From NCBI GenBank assembly GCA_965243715.1, contig CBDEVU010000009.1, positions 195,260 to 259,259 on the forward strand: a stretch of 64,000 bases of DNA, read 5' to 3'. The position numbers were made by a program, and so were the translations under genes. Every line of letters starts with the position of its first letter. The stretch's first letter is position 1. Source of the stretch: Candidatus Aldehydirespiratoraceae bacterium. Its GTDB lineage: Bacteria > Actinomycetota > Acidimicrobiia > Acidimicrobiales > Aldehydirespiratoraceae. Shown here piece by piece: positions 10,699-18,237 of the stretch. The notes under the pieces are model-generated. The model was not told where the DNA came from. It was given only the letters and a program-made list of their open reading frames with translations, and made no database searches.

Positions 10699-11093
10699 CA
10701 GAATCCCCAGTTGGATATATGCGCGGTGTTGTTTCCCGCGCGATACATCTTTAAAGTCCCGTTCGTATCCGGATTATCGTATAGCTTGTTCACGTAAGTG
10801 GAACTGCAGGCCGTGATAGTCATGCGCCACACGCCCGAGTCGTAGTAATTTACTCGTCCGCAGACCCCGTCTTGGACTGGACCGTCGTTCAGTTCGGCCC
10901 AGTACCATGTGTCGCTGTTACACGTTGCTCCGTGGGTTCTTTCGGTTCCGTATCGGTTCCCCCTAGAGACATAGGCCAGACTCGAGGGGTTTCCGTCCCC
11001 CTTGCATCTTGCTTCGATTGGTGCCTGCGAATCAATGGTAAAGAGCGTTACCAGCAAAGCAATCGCCAGCATCAGTTGCCTTAGTTTTTTCAT
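10698..11093 (-). CDS. Small secreted 4-Cys protein (cassette 1 lead gene)
   Basis: Start at internal Met (MKKLRQLMLAIALLVTLFTIDSQAPIEA signal) behind GGAAGAGG RBS. Its TGA overlaps the ATG of the lipoprotein gene by 1 nt. Motif TCN-x5-WA...YY-x-SG-x-W shared with 22156..22542. Confidence 0.6.
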   Translation of the reverse strand: MKKLRQLMLAIALLVTLFTIDSQAPIEARCKGDGNPSSLAYVSRGNRYGTERTHGATCNSDTWYWAELNDGPVQDGVCGRVNYYDSGVWRMTITACSSTYVNKLYDNPDTNGTLKMYRAGNNTAHISNWGF

Positions 11094-11225
11094 ACCGTAC
11101 CTCTTCCATAGTCGTAACTTTTTACATCGTACTTCTTCCATAGTCGTAACGGGTGTCGGCAATCACGAATTTCGGGTATCAACCAACTCAGGCCACTGGC
11201 CTGAAGTGGCTGACCACGACATCCC

Positions 11226-11319
11226 CTATTGTGCTATTTGCACCAACCTCAGTTCGCAGATAGACCTCGGCGATACCTTTCAGCCCAAACTTTTCCCGAG
11301 CGAGACCGTTGGGCACGAG
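11226..11319 (-). pseudogene. Relic fragment of a third FtsX permease gene
   Basis: ~94 bp nearly identical to 6619..6712 (same orientation). Encodes VPNGLAREKFGLKGIAEVYLRTEVGAN. Flanks diverged, with a stop shortly after. Confidence 0.75.
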
Positions 11320-11476
11320 AACCTCGACACCGGCCTCGCTGAGGGCACTGCCTGGACGTATGAGGTGAGCGTCAGTGGGGTGGATTCTTACGGCGCAGCG
11401 TTGTCCAATTTTTCATCGTTCTGTCGAAGCAACAGGTGGACCATAGCGACTCCTTTAGGTTGCAGTTCAGACCGAC

Positions 11477-12025
11477 TCAGAGCGTGAGTTTTGGCCTGTG
11501 GCGATCCTTCGTAGCGACGATGGTGGCAACCACGTTTGCCCCGACAGCCGAAGCGATCGCGAATAGAGCTTCGGTGTTGGTCACGATATTGCTCGAACCT
11601 TCGGGTCCATCCGGTCCTGACCACTCCGCAGGATCCTGATGGAATACCGTGAGTGCGAATGCTCCGACTAGCACTACGAGAATTAGGGTCGGGAAGATAA
11701 ACGACTTCGGCCCGTGAGCGGTATTGCCACCATGCGCGAGAAGTACGATGGCTGGAAAAAGTAGAGGTAGGAGAACGATTGACACTACGCTCATTGGTAT
11801 GACGGCTGTGCCAGCGGCGAGCATCAAAGCTCCGTGGCTGCGGCTTGCCCCGATCAGTCCGACTAGGCCAGCACCAAAGATGGGTGCCGCGAACCCGATG
11901 GCAGACAGCCATCCCTCGGGACGGCCCGGCGATCCAGATCCAGCGTAGTAGTGGACCAATGCCACTGCAGCGCCGCCGACACAGACGGCGATAGAGGAAA
12001 TAGTTGCTACTCTGCTTGGTCCCAT
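11477..12025 (-). CDS. Multi-pass membrane protein, unknown function
   Basis: 182 aa, about five hydrophobic segments rich in Gly/Ala/Val/Leu. Confidence 0.45.
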   Translation of the reverse strand: MGPSRVATISSIAVCVGGAAVALVHYYAGSGSPGRPEGWLSAIGFAAPIFGAGLVGLIGASRSHGALMLAAGTAVIPMSVVSIVLLPLLFPAIVLLAHGGNTAHGPKSFIFPTLILVVLVGAFALTVFHQDPAEWSGPDGPEGSSNIVTNTEALFAIASAVGANVVATIVATKDRHRPKLTL

Positions 12026-12164
12026 AGCTACATAAGTGTAGGTGGCACTGTTGTTTTGAGGGTTCGGCTCGGTCCGGGACGAAGCTGTCGAGATGAGGTA
12101 TCACTAGAGTCAGCAGCCACCTGTGGACCGCTCGAGTCTGCCGCGGGTAGCGGTGACAGGTTGG

Positions 12165-12370
12165 TTATGCGGCCAAGACTGCCGGTGGGGTCATGATGGT
12201 TTCGTATTCATCGGGGGTCAATCGGCCGAGGGCGTCCTGTCGGCCGCGGTGCCGACCTAACTCGCCGGACTCCTACGTTGTGCTGGTCGATCACCCGTTT
12301 GTGTCGGGCATTCTCCTGTCGTACCCAGGCGTTGTACTGGGCGGACGTCATCTACCGGGTCGGATGTTCC
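12165..12370 (-). pseudogene. Transposase (rve-type) C-terminal remnant
   Basis: Hand translation gives ...GRQDALGRLTPDEYETIMTPPAVLAA-stop, typical of an IS3/IS481 OrfB C-terminus. Upstream part is out of frame. Confidence 0.35.
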
Positions 12371-12380
12371 GGAGCTCGGT

Positions 12381-13846
12381 CTACTCCAGGAGAGCGCTCA
12401 GCGTTCGTCCCCCAGAGCTTCCAGTGAGATCCAGCTCGACCTCGGCGTGGGCGACGGTGTTGCGTTGGTTGTAGAGGCGGCGGAGCGACTCAGTGACGTA
12501 TGCCTTGATGCGAGCGAGCTCGGCGGCTGGATCCTGGATTATCGCGACGATGCGGTCCTGCGCTGCGGCGTCGCTGCCGTCGACCAACTCGAGCCGGTCA
12601 CCCGCTCGAAGGTGGCTCTCGACGAGTTTGACCTTGTCGAAGTTGGTCGGCGATTCGGTGAGCGCTCGAGCTAGGTCGTCGTCGGCGATCTCCCTGGTGG
12701 CGGTAGGCCAAGGGCGTGAGCTCGGCTCTGGGGAGCGAGCAGGCGATGAGTGAGGCGAGTCGATCGGCTGCGAGGTAATGGCTACCTTCGCCGGGCCTGA
12801 TGAGCAGCGCCTCGATGGCTGACCATCCCCCGGTGACTGCGGCACCCGCCGAGGGTGACTCCATGTACGACGCCAACTCGAGTGCGTCGTCGGTCGCCGG
12901 TGGTAGCCCACCATCGAATCGGTAGACGGCGCCCTGACTGACGAGGCTCCCAATTTCGATTTGCCGGGGCGTCGGCCGGATCTTGTAGTGACCGACGGTG
13001 GCCAGCGACCCGTGCCCAGCCGTCGAGGCGAATCGCCTCGTTCGACGGGCTAGCGACCTTGGCCCGAGCCTCGGCGCGAGCCACCGTGACGCGAGCCTCC
13101 CCGACTGCAGACCAGGGATCTCGGCCTTTGATCTCCACGAGGAACCCGCCTGCGTGTCGACGTGGCTCCGTGCTCGGGAGGCTGTCACGTAGCCATGTGG
13201 CTGCAGCGTTGCCGTCGAGCCAGCGGACCCTGCCTCCGTTGTGGGCGGGCTTGTCGAACGGGGCGGCGCAGGGAACGAAGACGTGGTAGGTCCGGATTGG
13301 CATCCGTGTGACCATCTCCATAGTCGCCGCTGCGACCTGCGAGAGGCTCGTGACATCGCCCCTGACAGCGGTGATCCAGCGGTGCAGGTGAACCGGGCTG
13401 AACCCGAGGTCAAGAAGATGCGCCGCCAGTGCCCGTGCGGTGAACTCGACTGGCGGCTCAGTGGTCGCAACTGTCCAGTTCTGGAGGTAATCGGAGCTGA
13501 GGCGCCGAACGAGCTGTTCGAGTTCGTCCCGGGCGGCCACGGGGACCTTCGACGGAGATGCGACCTTGAGGGTATTGAGGCGAGTCAGGATCTGCGCAGC
13601 GAGCGGTGCCGCACCCGGGTCTCGGTCGACCTCCCGCTTCGCAGTGTCCAAAGCGAAGCAGAGGCCTTTGGTGTTCGGAACTGAGCCGCTGATGCAGGCG
13701 TCTGCGTACTCCACAGTCTCTTGGAGAGCGAGGCAAGTGCCGACGTTCCAGAGGCGCCGGTGCCAAGGGGTTCGGTGGCCGAAGAAGTCGAGGAGGCGAG
13801 CGTGCACCAGCATCGCCTGGGAGATAAAGGGTTTCGGTGCAGTCAC
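12381..13846 (-). pseudogene. HEPN-domain protein gene with two frameshifts
   Basis: Three consecutive minus-strand frames (12782..13846, 12598..13470, 12381..12953) each carry the protein-like stretch in turn. Shifts near 13010 and 12700. C-terminal Rx4H motif LYNQRNTVAHA (RNTVAH = 12464..12447). Confidence 0.6.
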
Positions 13847-13952
13847 GTTTCAAGTATGCTGTGGGCAGACCTTGATGCGTAGGTGTCGGTCACCGTCTAC
13901 AAGGGAGGAGCCGCCTTCGGGCCGCTCCTCCCTTTACCTTTACACCGCTACG

Positions 13953-14291
13953 CTAGGGCGAGGCCGCTGCAAACTGGAGGTCTTCGACGACCTCGCACTC
14001 GCCGCCCGGTCGGGTTCCGTGACCGGCCGGTGGGACCGAGCGCATCCGAGGGTTCGCTCTCACGCTCCGACCACGACGAACCAGCCGTTGGCGTAGCACT
14101 TCTTTGAGAAGGCTCGGCGTTCCGATGTTGAGGGGCCGATGGGCGATCGTCCGTGCGATGCTCGTGAGGTCGTTACGGTCTGCGCCGTCGACGAGGGTGA
14201 ATGCGTGGTCCGTGGCTGCGTCGAAGGCGAGCGAGGCGAACAGTGCAGTCGGGTCGGCGTTGAGGATTCGTAGCCGACGCTCCAAGTACAT
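13953..14291 (-). CDS. Hypothetical protein; frame is open further upstream without an ATG
   Basis: Protein-like stretch RILNADPTALFASLAFDAATDHAFTLVDGADRNDLTSIARTIAHRPLNIG. C-terminal third looks like read-through. Confidence 0.25.
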   Translation of the reverse strand: MYLERRLRILNADPTALFASLAFDAATDHAFTLVDGADRNDLTSIARTIAHRPLNIGTPSLLKEVLRQRLVRRGRSVRANPRMRSVPPAGHGTRPGGECEVVEDLQFAAASP

Positions 14292-14523
14292 GGCATGGTC
14301 CTCGCGAGGTGCCGGGGTGAGTTGGAGATGGCTACAAGCAATGGCTGAGCCGAGCTCTGCGACGAGTTCCTCGGCGGCGCCGGCGTCATTGCCGAAGCGG
14401 CCCGAGCGTCTCGCTTCAGATCTGACGCCGGACCGATGGCCCGTCGGCGGTACCGACTTTGCTGTTGGCCTTGCCGCAAGTGCTGTTGCCTGCGCCGTTC
14501 GCTGAGCGGTTGTCCGCTGGATG

Positions 14524-14948
14524 TTAGCTTTCCTGCCGGTACAACTTGGCGAGCTTGATTGCGTGCGCCTGCTGGAGAATCTCCGGCCAGTTACGGACCA
14601 GTCGCTGTGGGACTAGGCCAACCGTGCGGTACAGGGATCGCAGCTTTGGCCAGGCTCGACATCGAAGTGCCCGTACCCGAACTGAGTGAGCCGGTCGAGT
14701 GACCTGATCAGCGGGGGACTGCTTGCCGGTTCCTTTTCCGAGTTCGAGGGTGATAGCTGGTTCCATCGCTGGAGTGATCCTCTAGGTCGAGTCGTCGTGT
14801 TTGTCGGCGAGGTGGTTGAGGATGCGGGTGGCGGTTGGTCCGATGATGGGGTGCCACCAGCGGGCCTGGTAGGGGTGGTCGATGGGGACGTCGCCGGGTG
14901 CGGGTCAGGGTGGGCGGTGAATCGGGTGTTGATGTGCTTGATGTTCAT
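14524..14948 (-). pseudogene. Decayed small wHTH-like gene (actinobacterial mobile-element type), at least 3 frame changes
   Basis: Pieces in three frames: MNIKHINTRFTAHP / PGDVPIDHPYQARWWHPIIGPTATRILNHLADKHDDST-stop / SPLIRSLDRLTQFGYGHFDVEPG / NWPEILQQAHAIKLAKLYRQES. Confidence 0.35.
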
Positions 14949-15530
14949 GCTGGGTTCCTGGGTGTTGGTGTCTCCGATTGGTTGAGGGCGAGCCCCGACT
15001 TCCCCGATGAGGCTCGCCCTCTGATCGGTCCCCGGTTTGGTTCGGGGTTCGGCTGTGGAGTCGTTGAGCCGTGCGGTGTTGGTGGGCGTAGCAAGGTGGA
15101 GCCCTCGCAAGCGCAGCGCGAAGGAACGACCTTCGCAGCCCGACGGCCCGTGGGGTAGGGTCCATCAAGAGCTGAGGTCCCGGCCGAGCCTTAGAGCGGA
15201 TGGCGAGTATCGTGGAGTTGTGATTTCACTTCGACGGTTAGAGGCTGGCAGCCCAGAACGCCCTCGCGGCTGGAGTGGCTTCGTTGGCTGATGCGACGTG
15301 CCTACGGCGACTGCGGGTGCTATGTCGAGCGGAACTTGGAGTTCATTGGGTAGCCACCTCGTGTTCCAGCGATTGGCATCCCGCTCTATTCAGCGACGGC
15401 ATGAGGTCAGGTAGGTACCCGCATAGGTGATTCTGGGGACAGAATGCCCGTGACATGCCACGAACTCGGGCCGCAATCGGACGCGAAACCCCGTCACAGT
15501 CCGCAGCGCTTCGGTGGTCAGGTCAGCGGC

Positions 15531-16424
15531 CTAGTTGTTGGTGAGGGGTGTTGTCCTGCTAGTGGTTCTGCAAATGGGGATCACCAGCGTGGCGGTTCGA
15601 GCATCCGAGCGCCGGGGACGGTCGGTCGACAAGATGTGTGTGTATCGAGGGGTTTGCCGCTCTCCGCCGGGCTGGCGCCTGTGGGGGTGGGCCAAGAGCG
15701 ATAGTTGTTGGTCTAGATCGGCTAGCGCGATCGCGGTGCTGCGTAGCCTGTCGATTTGAGCGGTTACCGTCAACTCATGGTCGCCGGCACGAAGTGGTAA
15801 CGCTCGTTCGGAGTCCCTTCGCAGCGGACTGCCACTGAGGACGCTGTGGGTCGAAGTGGCGGACCGAATGGATCGGTGCCACTCGATAGGAACGCCGGAT
15901 GCGCCTTGCAGTCTCCATTTGCCTTGATCCAGCGAGAACCTGAGCAACGATTTTCGCCAATGGTTCACCTCGCGGCTGCGGACAAGGGCCGCGCTCAGTG
16001 ACACTTGGCCTCGTTGGGAGATGACTCTCAGGGTGCTGAGGTTTTGGGGTCGTCCGTTTAGTGACTGCATCCAGCCGCGAGGCATGAGCAGGGCTGCCGC
16101 GATCTCATCGCAGAGTCGTTCCTCGTCGTCGCTGCCGCCGGTGCGGCGGTAGGCGATCGCGGGTGCGTTTGGGTGGATTAGAGCGCGGTGGGCGAGTTCG
16201 TGGGCGAGAGTGAAGCGTCGGCGACCGTGGCTGAGGCCGTGACGCAGATACACGATTGCTCGCCTACCGTCTTGTTCGAGTCGGCCATCTTCGGCCATGT
16301 CGGCGTCTCGTATTTGTTCGACACCCATTCGCGAGGCAACTACCTCGAGATCGATCGGGGGGCGGGTTGGTAGCTCAAGCCGGTCGTACAACCACGTGGC
16401 GAGTGCGTCGGAGCGTTCGGTCAT
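15531..16424 (-). CDS. ImmA/IrrE-family zinc metallopeptidase
   Basis: HEXXH in RRFTLAHELAHRALIH. COG2856-like context (LCDEIAAALLMPRGWM). C-terminal ~60 aa look like low-quality read-through. Confidence 0.75.
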   Translation of the reverse strand: MTERSDALATWLYDRLELPTRPPIDLEVVASRMGVEQIRDADMAEDGRLEQDGRRAIVYLRHGLSHGRRRFTLAHELAHRALIHPNAPAIAYRRTGGSDDEERLCDEIAAALLMPRGWMQSLNGRPQNLSTLRVISQRGQVSLSAALVRSREVNHWRKSLLRFSLDQGKWRLQGASGVPIEWHRSIRSATSTHSVLSGSPLRRDSERALPLRAGDHELTVTAQIDRLRSTAIALADLDQQLSLLAHPHRRQPGGERQTPRYTHILSTDRPRRSDARTATLVIPICRTTSRTTPLTNN

Positions 16425-17375
16425 GGGAAGACATAGCGTCGGGCAAACGTGACCCAGTCTTGTACAGAGGTCAGGGGGAGTCTTCGAACACCGCCCTTCG
16501 CCAGTTCAAGACGGGCTCGAGACTCGACCTGAAGTATCTGTGGCGGCGACCATTCGTACTCCTGGGCGGCGATCGAAAGACCGGAACGCTGGTTCGATGA
16601 AAGCTCAGGGATCGGGTTGGGGTTCAGAGCCTCGCCGGCCTCGAGGCCGAGAGCTCCGGAGAGCGCAATCAGCTCTGACACCGACCTGTCCAGCAGCGCG
16701 TCGGGGATGAAGAGTTCAGAAACTCGCTCGGGGTTGAGACCGGCGACGGCCGCGATGGCCTCTATGGAATCTGGGGAGACTGCAAAGGCTCCCTGAAGCC
16801 GGTCGGCGGCCCGGATCGCGATGATCAGCTGTCCTGTCCCGGAGCGTGCCCGCGACTCGATGGCGCGTCCCCACTCTGTGACCCACTCGGTGGCGGCGGC
16901 GCGTAGATCATCGTCCGTGGCGACGCGCCGGACAGACATCTGGGCGGGCGTCCCAGCGATCTGTCGACTCAGGGGTTCATCGCCAGTGAGAAGGACGAGC
17001 ACGGGCAGCCTGCGGGCGATCGCCCAGGCGAACTCTTGGCCGGCGCCAAGGCTGCCGCCGTGGTCGCCGAGCAGAACGAGCCCGGACGCGCGCCTGACGT
17101 GGTCACGGTTGAAGTTGTAGATCTCTCGCGGTGCCCGGTCGTCACCTGGTCCTGGCGCCGACCAAAGGATGGGTAGGTGTACGGTCCATGGGGTCTCCTT
17201 CGGCTCCGGAGGATGCGACGACGGTTTGGTCGATGATGTCGCAGCGCCGCGAGATCTCCGACAGTTGAGTTGGAGTGAGCGCGGTGAGGGCCGAGGCTAC
17301 GTATATGTGGGTGTCTGGCCTGTTGTCGAGCTCGAGCGCGAGTTGTGCGGGTTCCGCAGGTTTGTGATCGGTCAT
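16421..17375 (-). pseudogene. Nucleoside 2-deoxyribosyltransferase-like domain protein, frameshifted near 17220, co-operonic with ImmA
   Basis: Frame A: MTDHK...HIYVASALTALTPTQLSEISRRCDIIDQTVV. Frame B, open upstream of the listed Met: PWTVHLPILWSAPGPGDDRAPREIYNFNRDHVRRASGLVLLGDHGGSLGAGQEFAWAIARRLPVLVLL. Stop overlaps the ImmA start. Confidence 0.45.
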
Positions 17376-17727
17376 GTCACTCGGGTCTCCACCCGGTCGA
17401 TGAAGGTGGCCTCGTCAAGGGTGGCAGCGGCTGCGGCCAGCATCACTTCGACGGTCTCATCACCTTCAGGGTCATCGGCCGGCTCGCTCCGTTGCGCTCG
17501 GCCATCTCGATCATCGCAAGGAAAGCGACTCTCTTGTTCCCGTCGGGGAATGGATGGTTCCTGACGAGGCGGTACCCGAGGACGGCGATCTTGCGCACAA
17601 GGCCCGGGTGGAACTCGACGCCATCGAACGATGCGCCTGGAGCGTGTACCGCGGACTCGGCAGTGTTGATGCGGCTTGTGCGAAGGAGTACTTCGGGCTC
17701 GATGCGTAACACCTTTGATGCGATCAA
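17372..17727 (-). pseudogene. doc: Doc (death-on-curing, Fic-fold) toxin, C-terminal frameshift near 17480
   Basis: HPFPDGNKRVAFLAM Fic/Doc motif. Listed frame ends in junk. The alternative frame reads EPADDPEGDETVEVMLAAAAATLDEATFIDRVETRVT-stop, overlapping the next ATG. Confidence 0.7.
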
Positions 17728-17763
17728 GACGACGTCACCGAGCCCGAGGTGGTTCCACGCGGC

Positions 17764-17982
17764 CTAGCCGGCCAGCCGATCGAGGATTCGCTGGTGGCGT
17801 TCCATCGACGCAGCAAGACGCTCTTGGAAACCATCATCGGTTCGGCGAGTCTCGATGTGGCTCTCGATTGCGTCTCGGATGGCCTCGGACATGCTCACGC
17901 CGTCAACCTCGGCGATGAACTCGAGGGCCTCGGCTTGTTCAGCTTCAAGTCGCAGTGTCATTGCTTTCTGGGTGTCTGCCAT
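17764..17982 (-). CDS. Ribbon-helix-helix (Phd/CopG-like) antitoxin
   Basis: 72 aa. MTLRLEAEQAEALEFIAEVDGVSMSEAIRDAIESHI. Immediately upstream of Doc. Confidence 0.6.
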   Translation of the reverse strand: MADTQKAMTLRLEAEQAEALEFIAEVDGVSMSEAIRDAIESHIETRRTDDGFQERLAASMERHQRILDRLAG

Positions 17983-18087
17983 GGCGTGCTCCTACGGTCG
18001 GTCTCCTTCCACCATACATGATTGGCTTCCCATTGATAAGATACCGTGATACCATACTACCGCATGAGAAGCTCAGGAAGGAGCATC

Positions 18088-18192
18088 ATGTCAACAGACA
18101 ACAACCGCCACGTCGTGCCCAACCCCGACGGTGGATGGGACGTGAAAGCGCCCGGCAACGACCCCAACCCGCCTCGCGACACGAAGCACTGA
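18088..18192 (+). pseudogene. Internally deleted DUF2188-like mini-ORF (34 aa)
   Basis: GGAAGGAG RBS. MSTDNNRHVVPNPDGGWDVKAPGNDPNPPRDTKH matches only the N- and C-terminal ends of the 81-aa product of 47056..47301. Confidence 0.4.
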
Positions 18193-18237
18193 CCAGCCCA
18201 CGAAACCCGCAGTACCGTCAAGCCAGCGGAGCAAGCG

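Noticed and set aside
11388-12104. 238-aa minus-strand ORF overlapping the membrane-protein ORF in another frame
   Set aside because: Arg/Ser/Cys-rich junk. The overlapping 182-aa frame has coherent transmembrane segments.
14613-15168. Pro/Thr/Ser-rich ORFs on both strands (165 aa and 87 aa on the minus strand; 99, 86 and 84 aa on the plus strand)
   Set aside because: Low-complexity translations. The only protein-like pieces belong to the multiply frameshifted small wHTH-like gene reported as a pseudogene.
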